A stretch of DNA of 64,000 bases from an uncultured cyanobacterium (lineage in GTDB: Bacteria > Cyanobacteriota > Cyanobacteriia > Cyanobacteriales > CAWUOF01): contig CAVUSO010000001.1 of assembly GCA_963744145.1 (NCBI GenBank), forward strand, positions 992,001-1,056,000, read 5' to 3'. This document shows positions 18,778 through 30,207 of this stretch, piece after piece. The notes under the pieces are model-generated. The model did no database searches and was not told where the DNA came from. It saw nothing but the letters and a program-made list of their open reading frames with translations. The position numbers and the translations under genes are program-made. Each line of letters begins with the position of its first letter. Within the stretch, counting starts at the first letter, position 1.

Positions 18778-19788
18778 TTAGTTCTGATAATAGCTCCGAT
18801 ACCATTCCACAAAACGGGGAATCCCAATTTCAATGGGAGTGCTAGGTTTAAATCCGACATCTGTTTCTAAGTCCTCGATCGCTGCGTAGGTTGCTGGGAC
18901 ATCTCCCGGTTGGAGTGGAAGTAGTTCTTTTGATGCTTTGCTCCCAAGACAATTTTCCAAGACTTCGATAAAGTGTAACAATTCCACTGGTTGATGGTTG
19001 CCAATATTATAAACTTTGTAAGGGGCGTAACTTGTCCCAGGATCGGGATTGGCACTTGACCAATGAGGATTGGGTGCAGAAATTAAATCTAGCGATCGCA
19101 CTACCCCATCAATAATATCATCAATATAGGTAAAATCCCGTTTCATTTTGCCGTGATTAAAAACTTGAATAGTTTCTCCAGCTAAGATCGCTTTGGTAAA
19201 CAAAAACAAAGCCATATCTGGTCTTCCCCATCGACCATAAACTGTAAAAAATCTTAATCCCGTCGTTGGTAAACCATAGAGATGACTATAGCTATGAGCC
19301 ATCAGTTCATTGGCTTTTTTCGTTGCGGCGTATAAACTAACTGGATGATCAACATTATCATGGATCGAAAAAGGCATTTTAGTATTAGCACCATAGACTG
19401 AGCTAGAAGATGCGTAAACTAAATGTTTAACTTTTCCATGACGACATCCTTCTAAGATATTAATAAATCCGACTAAGTTACTATCTATATAAGCATGAGG
19501 ATTTTGGAGAGAATAGCGGACTCCTGCTTGAGCGGCTAAATTAACTACTTTTTCGGGTTGATATTCAGCAAATAAATTGGCGATTCCTTCGCGATCGGCA
19601 AGATCTAACTGGCTGAATAAAAAATGCTGATGTTCTTTGAGTTGTCTGAGTCTTGCCAATTTTAAGTTAACATCATAATAAGGATTGAGATTATCAATCC
19701 CCAAGACAGTTTCACCTCGAGCTAGCAGATGTTGACAAAGATGAAACCCAATAAAACCTGCTGCCCCAGTCACTAATATATTTGCCAT
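18778..19788 (-). CDS. UDP-glucuronate 4-epimerase-like NAD-dependent epimerase
   Basis: [27 protein letters not shown] and GRPDMA motifs; likely start is ATG 19788. Confidence 0.92.
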   Translation of the reverse strand: MANILVTGAAGFIGFHLCQHLLARGETVLGIDNLNPYYDVNLKLARLRQLKEHQHFLFSQLDLADREGIANLFAEYQPEKVVNLAAQAGVRYSLQNPHAYIDSNLVGFINILEGCRHGKVKHLVYASSSSVYGANTKMPFSIHDNVDHPVSLYAATKKANELMAHSYSHLYGLPTTGLRFFTVYGRWGRPDMALFLFTKAILAGETIQVFNHGKMKRDFTYIDDIIDGVVRSLDLISAPNPHWSSANPDPGTSYAPYKVYNIGNHQPVELLHFIEVLENCLGSKASKELLPLQPGDVPATYAAIEDLETDVGFKPSTPIEIGIPRFVEWYRSYYQN

Positions 19789-19927
19789 AATTTTTGTTTT
19801 TCTAAACTGTATAAATTGTGAATTTTGACAGATTAATCCCACATCTAGTCAGAAGATGTGGGTAGCGAGAAAACCCAATTAATCTGGTTGCCCCCAATAA
19901 CTAATATATTTGCCAGAGCTTTGGTAT

Positions 19928-21211
19928 TTATAAACTCCAGTAAATAATTTCTGGTGGTATAGCATGAGGCTCAAAAGCAGATTTAATATCCATGAAAATT
20001 CCACCCAATCGCAAACAGGTAAGTAATTTTGACAAGGGCTTTTCTAGATATTTCCGATGACTAACTGCTAAAACTAAAGCATCTAAATCATCGAATTCAT
20101 GCCATTTGACCAAATTAATCCCATATTCCTCCTTGACTTCTTCAGCATTAGCAATTGGGTCATGAATTAAAGGTTTAATCCCAAAATGATGAAGTTCGTT
20201 AATGATATCTGGAACCCGACTATTACGAATATCTGACACATTTTCTTTGAAGGTAATCCCTAAAATGCCCACCCGTGCTTTTTTAATGGGGATATCTTGA
20301 TGAGTTGTCATTAGTTTAATCAGACGCTGACCTAAATATACTCCCATTCCATCATTAATTCTTCGTCCAGCTAGAATAACTTCCGGATGATATCCAAGTT
20401 CTTGAGCTTTAGCAGTGAGATAATAGGGGTCAACACCGATACAATGACCACCGACTAATCCCGGTTTGAACCCTAAAAAATTCCATTTGGTACTAGCAGC
20501 TGCTAAAACATCTTGAGTCCGGAGTTGCAAGCGATCGCAAATTAATGCTAATTCATTCATCAAAGCAATATTCAAATCCCGTTGAATATTTTCAATGACC
20601 TTAGCTGCTTCCGCAGTTTTGATCGAGGTACTTTGATAAACACCTGCATCAATAATCGCTTGATAGACATTAGTAACACGATTTAATGTATCCGGATCTT
20701 CAGCTGAGACAACTTTGATAATTTTTTCTAAAGTATGTTCTGGATCACCGGGATTAATGCGCTCTGGTGAGTAACCTAATTTAAAATCTTTCCCTTGCTG
20801 TAAACCTGATACTGAAGCAATAATCGGACCACAAATTTCTTCGGTAACACCGGGATAGACTGTAGATTCATAGACAACTACAGCACCAGGTTGAATAAAC
20901 TTACCGATAGTTTCAGAAGCACTAATTAAAGGTTTCAGATTAGGAAAATTATGGGAGTCGATCGGTGTAGGTACAGCAACCACAAAAAAAGTAGCTGAAC
21001 TTAAATTAGTTGGGTTGCTGGTAATTTGGAGTGTTGAAGATTGTAATTCTGCGGGAGCAACTTGATTAGTAGTATCAAGTCCTTGTTGCAGTGATTCCAC
21101 CTTTTTTTGATTAAGATCAAAGCCAATTGTATCGGAAAATTTTTTTGCAAAAGCTAAAGCCAAGGGTAACCCAACATAACCCAAACCAATGACGGCAATA
21201 CGTTCTTTCAT
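19928..21211 (-). CDS. UDP-HexNAc 6-dehydrogenase (TviB/WbpO-like)
   Basis: GLGYVGLP, YESTVYPG, YSPERINPG and GGHCIGVDPYYL motifs. Confidence 0.92.
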   Translation of the reverse strand: MKERIAVIGLGYVGLPLALAFAKKFSDTIGFDLNQKKVESLQQGLDTTNQVAPAELQSSTLQITSNPTNLSSATFFVVAVPTPIDSHNFPNLKPLISASETIGKFIQPGAVVVYESTVYPGVTEEICGPIIASVSGLQQGKDFKLGYSPERINPGDPEHTLEKIIKVVSAEDPDTLNRVTNVYQAIIDAGVYQSTSIKTAEAAKVIENIQRDLNIALMNELALICDRLQLRTQDVLAAASTKWNFLGFKPGLVGGHCIGVDPYYLTAKAQELGYHPEVILAGRRINDGMGVYLGQRLIKLMTTHQDIPIKKARVGILGITFKENVSDIRNSRVPDIINELHHFGIKPLIHDPIANAEEVKEEYGINLVKWHEFDDLDALVLAVSHRKYLEKPLSKLLTCLRLGGIFMDIKSAFEPHAIPPEIIYWSL

Positions 21212-21542
21212 TTGCAGTATCTCTTGTGAAAAGATCAGAATTAGACTGGTAATTAGTCAGATATATTCCTTCTTTCTAAAATTTTCAGACGTAGCCGGAA
21301 AAGAAATGTTTCCTAAATATTTTTTTTGATTTTTTGCTTAAAAATTAGCTGTTCAGATTCCGGATGGTAACTAAAAATTTTGTGATCTTAGACTAGATAG
21401 GCAAGATCCAGCAGGGTTGCGTATCAGCAATTATACCAAGTTGAATTGAGCAATTCAATTGTCAGCCTGAGGTGGCAACTATTTCATTAATTATTACCTG
21501 ATCATTCAATTTGGGATTAGTTTACCTGCTCCAAAAAAAATC

Positions 21543-22734
21543 ATGCTAAATACAAAGCTTAAAAAGATCAACAAAAAAATCCTTCTTGTTGCTAACACCA
21601 GTTGGTATCTTTACAATTTTCGTCTCCCTTTAGCTCGATATCTCCGTTCTCATGGGTTTCAAGTTGTGTTTGTTTCTCCTGGAGATGCTTATGTAGAAAG
21701 ATTGCGAGCTGAAGGTTTTCGCTGGGTTAACCTCAAATTAAGTCGGCGTAGTGTTAATCCTTTGAGAGAATTTTTGACGATCGCAGCTTTAACACTTATT
21801 TATTTACAGGAACAACCAGCAGCAGTGCATCACTTCACAATTAAATGTGTTCTCTATGGAACTATTGCTGCTAAACTCAGTCAAGTAAAGGCTGTAGTAA
21901 ATGCTGTAACTGGGTTAGGGCACATTTTTATTGGTACGGGATGGAAAGCAGATATTTTGCGGTTGGTGGTCAGACCACTATACAAACTTATTCTTGGGGC
22001 TAGAAGAAGTAGGGTGGTATTTCAAAATATGGATGATTTAAAAACTTTTGATGACTTGCATTTAATTATTCCCGATCGGACTGTATTGATTAGAAGTTCT
22101 GGAGTAGATTTAAACCGTTTTTCACCGCGTCCTAGTCATCCTGATGTACTACCAACACCGATCGTTCTTTTTGCTTCTCGGTTTATTGCTGAAAAAGGAA
22201 TTAATGAATATGTAGAAGCAGTGCGTATTCTGAAAGATCGAGGAGTTAAGGCTACATTTCAAATTGCCGGAAGCTCTTGATCCTGATAATCCTTCTTCTA
22301 TTTCTTTTGCTACTCTTGAGCAGTGGAAACAGGAAGGAGCAGTGGATGTTTTAGAATATGCTGATGAGATTGAAAAGCTGATTGATTTATCAACTATGGT
22401 TGTGCTTCCTTCCTATCGAGAAGGAACACCAAGAATTTTACTCGAAGCAGCAGCGATGGGAAAAGCGCTGGTAGCAACAGATGTTCCTGGTTGTCGAGAA
22501 GTGGTAGAACATGGTAAAAATGGGTTACTTGTACCGGCTAAAAATTCTCTAGCTTTAGCTGATGCGATGGAGACTCTTTTAAAAAATCCCACTCTTTGTC
22601 AGCAGATGGGTATGGCAGGAAGAGATAAAGTGGTGAGAGAGTTTGATGTGCGAGAAGTAGTTCAAAAAACTGCTCAAGTATATGAACGGATGGGCATATT
22701 ATCTCCTCGTCCAGGATTAGCGGTTCAATATTAA
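21543..22734 (+). CDS. GT4 glycosyltransferase (CapM-like), one extra base at ~22272
   Basis: Two ORFs join as ...FQIAG-ALDPDNPSS...; LPSYREG.P..LLEA.AMG GT4 motif. Confidence 0.88.
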
Positions 22735-22782
22735 GTAGTTCCAGATGATCGGAGTGGATGAAGATCCACTCCGATTTTGGTT

Positions 22783-24726
22783 TTATTGATGTTCTAACCA
22801 TGCTTGAAACATCAGGATATCCCAGAGATAATGTTGCCAATTGCGATCGCCTGCTAAATGTTCTTCCCACTTCTGACGGATGGGTTGAACGTTTAAAAAC
22901 CCTTCTTGTTTTAGTCGCTGTTCATCCAGCAATGTTTCTGCCCAATCGCGTAAGTAACCGCGCAACCAGTGATGTAACGGAATAGCAAAGCCCATTTTCG
23001 GTCTTTCCATTAGATGTGGAGGTACATATTGAGCTAAAACTTGACGCAATAACCACTTACTTTGATTTTGACAAATTTTTAGGTTTAAAGGCAATTGCCA
23101 TGCCAATTCAACTACGCGATGATCTAAAAATGGTACACGAGATTCTAAACTTACCCCCATGCTGGCTCGATCTAATTTAACCAGAATATCATCGGGAAGA
23201 TAAGTAATAGTATCTAAATAAAGCATTTGCTGGGTAGAATCGGCAAATTCTCCCCATTGTTCAAGGCTATTCAAAATGGTTTTTGGTTCAGTTCCAGCTA
23301 ATACTAAAGAGTCTAAATCATTATAGTTGGAAACTAGTCGTCTATATAATGCTTTTGGACTGGAAATTGATAAAATATTTGACAGTTTGTGGACTTTATC
23401 ACCGGGATGACTTTGTTTGATTTTTGCTGGAATTAAGGCATCAAAATTATTAAAAAGAGTATCCCAGATTTGAGGAGATATGCTAGTTAATGTATCGGCT
23501 GCTATTTGTCGTAAAGGCTGAGGTATCCAGCCTATTTTTTGCCAAAAATTTCGTCCCCATAAATGTCGATTATATCCAGCAAAAAGTTCGTCTCCACCGT
23601 CACCGGAAAGACTAACGGTTACTTGTTGTCTGGCTAATTGAGATACTAAAAAAGTTGGAATCTGGGAAGAATCGGCAAAAGGTTCATCATATAAGGTGGG
23701 TAGTTTAGGGATAATCGCGATCGCATCTTTATCAGTTAGATAAAGTTCTGTATGATCTGTCCCTAGATGGTTCGCTATTGCTTGAGCATGGTTCGCTTCG
23801 TTATAACTATCTTCATAAAAACCAATCGTAAATGTTTTGATAGCTTGGGAGCTTTGAATTTGCATCAGCGCTACGATCGTTGAGGAGTCAATTCCTCCTG
23901 ATAAAAATGCACCTAAAGGGACATCTGCCATCATGCGTAAACTGACTGCATTTTGGAGAAGTGAATCTAGTTTAGCGATCGCTTCTGATGGAGAGCCAGT
24001 AAAGGGATGATTAATCCCATTTTCGGCGATCGACTGAACAGACCAATAGGGTATAGGTTCAGAACTATTTCCATTTGGTTCTACTGTTAAAACACAAGCT
24101 GGGGGCAGTTTATAGATACCTTTGTAAATAGAATAGGGTGCAGGAATATAGTTATAGCGGAGATAAAGAGCTAAAGCATCACGATTAATTTCTGCGGGAA
24201 AGTCCGGATAAGCTTTGATCGCTTTTAATTCTGAAGCAAACAGAAAAGTTTGATTTACCCAACCGTAATAAAGAGGTTTTTCACCTAAGCGATCGCGTCC
24301 TAAATGTAAAAGTCGTTCTTGTCTATCCCATAAAGCAAAAGCAAACATTCCATTAAACCGTTGAACCGATTTCTCTAAACCCCACTCGCTAAAAGCAGCT
24401 AACATTACTTCTGTATCAGAACCACCGCGAAAACTATGACCTAGTGGTTCTAATTCTCGACGTAATTCTAAAAAGTTATAAATTTCACCATTAAAAACTA
24501 TGACATAACGTCCATTCACAGATACCATTGGTTGATGTCCTTCTGGGGAGAGATCAACGATCGCTAGTCGTCGATGTCCTAAAGCAATTCCTGCTGTTTC
24601 ATCAATCCAGATTCCACCACTATCGGGTCCTCGATGTAACAAGGTATTATTCATTTGTTCTAGGGTGGAACGATAATTGATAGTAGTCGAGGAACTATTG
24701 TTAATCCATCCGCAAATACCGCACAT
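22783..24726 (-). CDS. asnB: AsnB-like glutamine amidotransferase (glycan amidation)
   Basis: MCGICG N-terminal nucleophile, HRGPD, LSGGIDSS and SGDGGDELFAGY motifs. Confidence 0.9.
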   Translation of the reverse strand: MCGICGWINNSSSTTINYRSTLEQMNNTLLHRGPDSGGIWIDETAGIALGHRRLAIVDLSPEGHQPMVSVNGRYVIVFNGEIYNFLELRRELEPLGHSFRGGSDTEVMLAAFSEWGLEKSVQRFNGMFAFALWDRQERLLHLGRDRLGEKPLYYGWVNQTFLFASELKAIKAYPDFPAEINRDALALYLRYNYIPAPYSIYKGIYKLPPACVLTVEPNGNSSEPIPYWSVQSIAENGINHPFTGSPSEAIAKLDSLLQNAVSLRMMADVPLGAFLSGGIDSSTIVALMQIQSSQAIKTFTIGFYEDSYNEANHAQAIANHLGTDHTELYLTDKDAIAIIPKLPTLYDEPFADSSQIPTFLVSQLARQQVTVSLSGDGGDELFAGYNRHLWGRNFWQKIGWIPQPLRQIAADTLTSISPQIWDTLFNNFDALIPAKIKQSHPGDKVHKLSNILSISSPKALYRRLVSNYNDLDSLVLAGTEPKTILNSLEQWGEFADSTQQMLYLDTITYLPDDILVKLDRASMGVSLESRVPFLDHRVVELAWQLPLNLKICQNQSKWLLRQVLAQYVPPHLMERPKMGFAIPLHHWLRGYLRDWAETLLDEQRLKQEGFLNVQPIRQKWEEHLAGDRNWQHYLWDILMFQAWLEHQ

Positions 24727-24867
24727 ATTTTATATTTCCCAAAAAGATAAATAGCGTTTGGAGTTGAGCATAAACTGCATTTAGTTTACAGTTAGGAATC
24801 CAAATGATTGTAAAGATTAAATGCTCTGCTAATTTAGCTTTCGGTAGAAAATGTTGAGATCAGGAAA

Positions 24868-26211
24868 TTAAGGACTTTTTCTGGGAGCTAATCTTTGATA
24901 ATTTTCTAAGTTTTTTTTACTATTGCGTTTAATTACTTTAGTTCCTTTGGCACGAATATAAAGTAGTAATATTAAAAATATGGGTAATATTTGTAACCTG
25001 TAACGGACTCCTGAACCCAAGTTTTGAGAAGAGATAAATCCATATATAGTTGACCAAACTAACACTAGCACAATTGCCCACATTACTATAGGTTCTCGCA
25101 AAGTTTGCCAACGAGATCGTTTTACTGCTTGTCCAAATAGGAAAAGGAGAAACAAATTTTCAAATCCAGCTAATAATCCAAAAGGGTTAAGAACTTCTCC
25201 AGGTAGAGGACGAAATAAAGCTGTAAATATACCCACAGGAGCAAATGCGATCATCTGATTAACACCTGTAAATTGTGGTAATGCTTGGTTAGAACCTCCC
25301 TGTTCCCAGGTTTTAGATATGGTATTCGTAGTAGTCAGAGCATCTTCGGCACTTTCTAGACGAAATTGATTAGTAAACTGATTGAAAGTAAATAAAAGTG
25401 CTGCTATTGCAAAGGTAAGAAACAACAACTTAGGTAAAATTCCTCTGACACTACCCCAAGCAAAAACTATCAATGGGAATGCTAAAATTGGCCCTAACCA
25501 GGTACGGATGAAGATCGCGATCGCGATTCCTAGTGCTAAGGGAATAATATAGCGCAACTGTTGCAGTCGGAACAATCCGACGACTCCATAAAAATAGAGA
25601 GCTATTCCTAAAATAATCAGTGGATCTTTTCCCAAAATAGAAGACCAAAATAAAATCGATGGGAAAAAACCTAAGATATACAATAACCGGGGGTTACTTT
25701 GCTGAAAAAATATTTCAGCAGCTCGATAAAAAATATAAATTGAGATCATTCCCACCATCGAGAAGCTTACTTTCAAAGCATGATAAGAAGCGGGAAAAAT
25801 CTGATTGTGCAGCCAAGCGATAAAAATAGTATTAGTAGTACCATTGCTGCCTACTGTTTCCATCGGAAAGTCATACTTAAGAGATTCGCTAAAATAAGAA
25901 TAGGAATCTAAACCATAGTTATCTTCATATAACAACATAAAAACTAAGGTAACTAAAGTTTTGCCTACCCACAACCATAACAGAATTTTTTTATCTCTTT
26001 GTGGTACTGACCAGAAGAAGATGCTGATGCCCAAAGTTATTGCCCAACCAAGGGCAGTCATATAATCAGTTCCGATATCTTTTTGAGGAATTCTATGTCC
26101 CCAAATCACGATTAAATCGGAAAATTTAGCCACAACTATCCCGAATAGAGTGGCGATTGAAATAAAAGCAGAAATCAGAAATTCTTGATTTTTGTACCAA
26201 GGTGTGTTCAT
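24868..26211 (-). CDS. multi-pass membrane protein, putative Wzy-like polymerase/ligase
   Basis: About 10-12 hydrophobic segments with a periplasmic loop; N.G..VRYR motif; inside the glycan cluster. Confidence 0.6.
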   Translation of the reverse strand: MNTPWYKNQEFLISAFISIATLFGIVVAKFSDLIVIWGHRIPQKDIGTDYMTALGWAITLGISIFFWSVPQRDKKILLWLWVGKTLVTLVFMLLYEDNYGLDSYSYFSESLKYDFPMETVGSNGTTNTIFIAWLHNQIFPASYHALKVSFSMVGMISIYIFYRAAEIFFQQSNPRLLYILGFFPSILFWSSILGKDPLIILGIALYFYGVVGLFRLQQLRYIIPLALGIAIAIFIRTWLGPILAFPLIVFAWGSVRGILPKLLFLTFAIAALLFTFNQFTNQFRLESAEDALTTTNTISKTWEQGGSNQALPQFTGVNQMIAFAPVGIFTALFRPLPGEVLNPFGLLAGFENLFLLFLFGQAVKRSRWQTLREPIVMWAIVLVLVWSTIYGFISSQNLGSGVRYRLQILPIFLILLLYIRAKGTKVIKRNSKKNLENYQRLAPRKSP

Positions 26212-26261
26212 TTAATCTATCTTTTTAGTAAGATGTGAATAAATCATGGTGGACTGCGCTG

Positions 26262-27113
26262 TTAATTGGTTATTTGGAGTAACGAGACAAAGCGATCGCG
26301 CCGGGACGGGTGGATAAAGACATAGTTATCTTCCACAACTTCTTCCACTTGAGTAAGTCGAAGCCATTTCTGATCTGCTACTGTTTCATAGCGATACAGA
26401 CTGTAACCCAGCATAAAGAAAAATTGGGTGAGTTCTTCTAATCTAATACCGAAACCTTCTAGATACCAGGGATTAATTTCGCAGATCACTGACGGATAGT
26501 GCTGCTCAATAATTTTTTGACCACCTCGAAAAGCAAATAACTCAGCTCCTTCAATATCACATTTAATCAACGACAAATCTTTCAGGGGCGGTAAAAATTC
26601 ATCTAGTGCGATCGTTTCGCACCAAACTTCCTTAGTTTCCTTCCACCTAACTTGTGTCTCTTTACCATCACGATCATCATTCCGTTGAGCAATATGGGAT
26701 TGACCGGCAGAAATAGTTCCTGAAGATGCTATGGGCACCCTAAAAGCCATCTTTTCTGTGCGATCGCTACAACCTTTTGGCACGATTTCAACATTCTTAA
26801 ATTGCAAAATTTTAGCGATTATCCTTAATGTGGTATTAGTAAAGGGTACTGGCTCAAAAGCATAGACCCGTCCTAACTCTCCTACTGCTCGCGATAAATG
26901 ATAGCAATAAAGTCCATAATTTGCACCAATATCTAGAACTGATTCTCCTGGTTGAACAGCAAAAGCAATCAGGTCAATTTCGGGTTCAGAAAGGCTACCT
27001 GTCCGAATATCCCAAGCCATTGCCATAGCTTGAATTAGTTGATAATTTCTCTCGGTTAAAATCGGATGCAAAATCCGTTTGAAAAAGCGTCTCACTAAAG
27101 AATTAGCTGGCAT
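26262..27113 (-). CDS. FkbM-family methyltransferase
   Basis: LDIGANYG, VYAFEP and IKCDIEGAE motifs. Confidence 0.9.
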   Translation of the reverse strand: MPANSLVRRFFKRILHPILTERNYQLIQAMAMAWDIRTGSLSEPEIDLIAFAVQPGESVLDIGANYGLYCYHLSRAVGELGRVYAFEPVPFTNTTLRIIAKILQFKNVEIVPKGCSDRTEKMAFRVPIASSGTISAGQSHIAQRNDDRDGKETQVRWKETKEVWCETIALDEFLPPLKDLSLIKCDIEGAELFAFRGGQKIIEQHYPSVICEINPWYLEGFGIRLEELTQFFFMLGYSLYRYETVADQKWLRLTQVEEVVEDNYVFIHPSRRDRFVSLLQITN

Positions 27114-27171
27114 TGATTTTCCTGTTAGTATTGATTAATAAATGAATTATCTGGCGATCGCCAAAAGTAAC

Positions 27172-28212
27172 TTAAATCGATCCAGAATTACCGATCTTAC
27201 TGCGCTGGATCTTTAACGCATTTTCAACATCTTGTTTGGTAAAATTAGCATAAGGTACTCCATAATGACGATCAGATAGTTTGCCATCAATAGGATTACC
27301 ACACTGCAAATCTTTGAGAAGTTGCTGAATAGTTGACCGATTCTCTATAGTTTGGCTAGAATTGAGTTGTTGTTGGATCAACGGAGCCAACCCTTCATTA
27401 CTTGTTTGCTGAAGGATATGAAACAAACTGTATAAATAATCAACATTTGGTCCTAATTTAAACTCTTCCCGCTGTTTCATACCTTTAAAACCATCATTCG
27501 TGGGATAAAAATCGAAATATTCAACTATCTTAATATCGAGGGCTTTTGCTATTCCTAAATTTGTTGCTAACTGTCGAAATTTAGCCTCATTACCTTTAAA
27601 AATTGGTATCCGTTTCAGTCGATCTTTCCAGGTAGTTGGGTATTTGTTACTCCAGAGAGCTAAAGTAATTGTTAATGATGGTGGATAAAAAGGAACATGG
27701 GCTATATAAGAATCAACAAACGCAACATGGTGAAGTGCGTGGAGTTTATTTTCGATAACTTCCAGGTAAAATATCTCATTAGTAGCATCGACTATCTGCG
27801 GTTGCGTAAATGTCCAGTGTTCGTATCCATGTCCAAATATAGTTGCAGTTGAAAGTAACATATTACCGTGGTGATGAATTGCTTTAGTAGAAATATTTGT
27901 TTCACCACCCGGTAAAGGAATCCAACAGTTGGCTACAATATTGTAGAATTCATTATTTTCAATATTAAGACCCACCACTGGATAGTGTTTTTTGTTTAAT
28001 CCCCCAGGTGTTGCTAAATGTTTATTCAGAACAGCAGCAAGAAAATCTGGATCGGATGCTATATCCTCCATGACACTTTTACTTTGGAAGTGAGCATCAT
28101 GTTTGTTAACTGCTTGCTTAAATATCCTAGTCAGTTCTCCAAGATAGTCTTTGATCTTTTTCATATATTTCACCATTATCATCAAACTCGTTATTCTCGG
28201 ATCGCCCAGCAA
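27172..28212 (-). CDS. hypothetical protein with His-rich cupin-like motif
   Basis: KAIHHHGNMLL...GYEH...IAHVP; start uncertain. Confidence 0.6.
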   Translation of the reverse strand: MLGDPRITSLMIMVKYMKKIKDYLGELTRIFKQAVNKHDAHFQSKSVMEDIASDPDFLAAVLNKHLATPGGLNKKHYPVVGLNIENNEFYNIVANCWIPLPGGETNISTKAIHHHGNMLLSTATIFGHGYEHWTFTQPQIVDATNEIFYLEVIENKLHALHHVAFVDSYIAHVPFYPPSLTITLALWSNKYPTTWKDRLKRIPIFKGNEAKFRQLATNLGIAKALDIKIVEYFDFYPTNDGFKGMKQREEFKLGPNVDYLYSLFHILQQTSNEGLAPLIQQQLNSSQTIENRSTIQQLLKDLQCGNPIDGKLSDRHYGVPYANFTKQDVENALKIQRSKIGNSGSI

Positions 28213-29150
28213 ATAATACCGTCTCCCATCCCGATTAACTTACCTAATGACTGCACCAGATCTAAACCGATATACTCAATTTTTCCTGAGATACCTTTTC
28301 CGGGAAATAAATTACCCAACCGATAAAGTTGAAGTGATAACGGTCGAAATCCAACCGAAGTTAGCAGTCGTCGTAGACTAGTTGGACAAAAACCTACAAC
28401 GTGAAAAGGAGGGAAAGTTGGGCTTAAATTTATAGCCCAATCTCTTCCTCTTAGCCGCATATAGGAATTGCCAACGATGGTACTTAAAGAACACTCGTTG
28501 GGAACATCTATAAATATTAATCCACCGGGTTGAAGAGCTGATCGAATCATTTTAAGGGTTTTTACTGGCTCATATAAATGTTCGAGAATAGCAGCCAAAA
28601 TTACCACATCGTAGACTTCTTTTAAGGAATTGCAAGTTTCTATAGGAGCAAATTCTACTTCTATATCTTTGAGATCCTGAGCAACAACTGCAAAGCTTTC
28701 AGTCATCTCTACACCGCGCACTTCCCAACCACGATTGACTGCACCTCGAAGTAAATCACCTCGACCACAACCTAGTTCTAACATTTTCCCCGGTTTGCCA
28801 AGGATATTTTCTGCAAAATTAGCTAGTTTTTCCCCGTATAAAATTTTTTCTTGAGATTGTTGAAAATAAAAATATTCTTCAGCGGAATACTCTGAGTATG
28901 GGTTAGACTCGGGCAATAACGTAGGCTGTTGATAGACAGCATGACAGTCTAGACAGCGAACGATCTTGGTTTCTACACCTTTGTTTTCGTGATGAGCGCG
29001 TCCACCTCTTACTCCCAGAACCTTTGCTTTTCTAGAATCACACAGGGGACAAGGAGAATCTTCAGCACGCCATTGTATTTTACTTAGTTCTGTCATCATG
29101 ATATCCTCTGTTAATTTATGCAACTGCGGCTCTAAATGCCTCAATAACAC
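28191..29150 (-). CDS. class I SAM methyltransferase with N-terminal zinc motif
   Basis: CPLC...CLDC, MLELGCGRG, LEHL and FIDVPN motifs; real start probably ~29099. Confidence 0.88.
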   Translation of the reverse strand: MLLRHLEPQLHKLTEDIMMTELSKIQWRAEDSPCPLCDSRKAKVLGVRGGRAHHENKGVETKIVRCLDCHAVYQQPTLLPESNPYSEYSAEEYFYFQQSQEKILYGEKLANFAENILGKPGKMLELGCGRGDLLRGAVNRGWEVRGVEMTESFAVVAQDLKDIEVEFAPIETCNSLKEVYDVVILAAILEHLYEPVKTLKMIRSALQPGGLIFIDVPNECSLSTIVGNSYMRLRGRDWAINLSPTFPPFHVVGFCPTSLRRLLTSVGFRPLSLQLYRLGNLFPGKGISGKIEYIGLDLVQSLGKLIGMGDGIICWAIRE

Positions 29151-30189
29151 GCTGAGTGTTAGCTTTTAAGCTATATTTTTCTTGGGCTACTCGCACACAG
29201 TTATATGACATTTTGATCCGGAGTGAATTATCTTTAATTAATAGCTGTAAGTAGTCAACCCATTCACTATGAGTATGAGCAAGAAATCCAGTAACTCCAT
29301 GTTCAATTACTTCCAAATTCGAGCCAAGCGGAGTGCATACAGAAGGAATACCTAAAGCCATATATTGAACTACTTTCATGTAAAACTTGCGCTTATTCCA
29401 CTCAGTTACTGGTAAAGGAACTAGACCGATCTGAATTTTTCGCAAATCTTCAATTTCTGTTTCTGCTTTCCAATTCTGTGCTGTGTATTTAACTCCAGGT
29501 AGATCAAACTCTGTACCACCGATCAACTGAATCTGGTGTTTCACTTTTTGCCCGAGTTCTTTTAAAACATCCGCAAGTAAAAGCATATTGTTAACAGTGG
29601 TGGGACTGCCACTCCAACCAATGCAGATTGAATCCGAGTTTGGTTGAGGTGGATAAAAAACATATTTTTCCGTATCGACAATACTGGGAATTTGCCACAC
29701 ATTTGAGTTGAATTGCGTAGCATATTCTTTGATTTGGGTGGAATTAACTATTACAACTCGACTCAGACGGCAAATTTCTGCTACTTTGCCAAAAAATTTA
29801 AGATAGGATAAGTAACCATTTGATTTGCTGCGATAGGGTACGTAAATTGGATCGTCAAATTGATAAATAATTGGTTTTCCTTGACGGGCAATCCATTTTT
29901 CTAGTAATGCTGGTCCAAATAATGCTGCTTCTCGATGAATAAAAACCGCGTCAAAAGCATCTAAGTTTTGGAGCAATTTGATCCGATTGGCAAAAGCTCC
30001 GATCATTTCCCAAGCTTTAACACTCAGGTGTCCTGTTTGCTGAAGCACATCATGCAAGCGTTCAGTTTCAAAGGGAACGAAGTGAAGATGAATACCAGCA
30101 TTTTTTAAGATTGGCTCCCACAGTTCAATGCTGGATCGCTGACTTGGTACGTAGCCATAAAGATAGGGAATGAGAACAAGAACATTCAT
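29116..30189 (-). CDS. GT4 glycosyltransferase
   Basis: IGWSGS and KVVQYMALGIP motifs; EHGVTGFL. Confidence 0.88.
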   Translation of the reverse strand: MNVLVLIPYLYGYVPSQRSSIELWEPILKNAGIHLHFVPFETERLHDVLQQTGHLSVKAWEMIGAFANRIKLLQNLDAFDAVFIHREAALFGPALLEKWIARQGKPIIYQFDDPIYVPYRSKSNGYLSYLKFFGKVAEICRLSRVVIVNSTQIKEYATQFNSNVWQIPSIVDTEKYVFYPPQPNSDSICIGWSGSPTTVNNMLLLADVLKELGQKVKHQIQLIGGTEFDLPGVKYTAQNWKAETEIEDLRKIQIGLVPLPVTEWNKRKFYMKVVQYMALGIPSVCTPLGSNLEVIEHGVTGFLAHTHSEWVDYLQLLIKDNSLRIKMSYNCVRVAQEKYSLKANTQRVIEAFRAAVA

Positions 30190-30207
30190 AGTTAATAAAT
30201 TCTGAAT

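Noticed and set aside
22783-24726. AsnB as a lasso-peptide cyclase
   Set aside because: It has an intact N-terminal Cys glutaminase domain, no precursor or B-protein genes nearby, and a glycan-cluster context.
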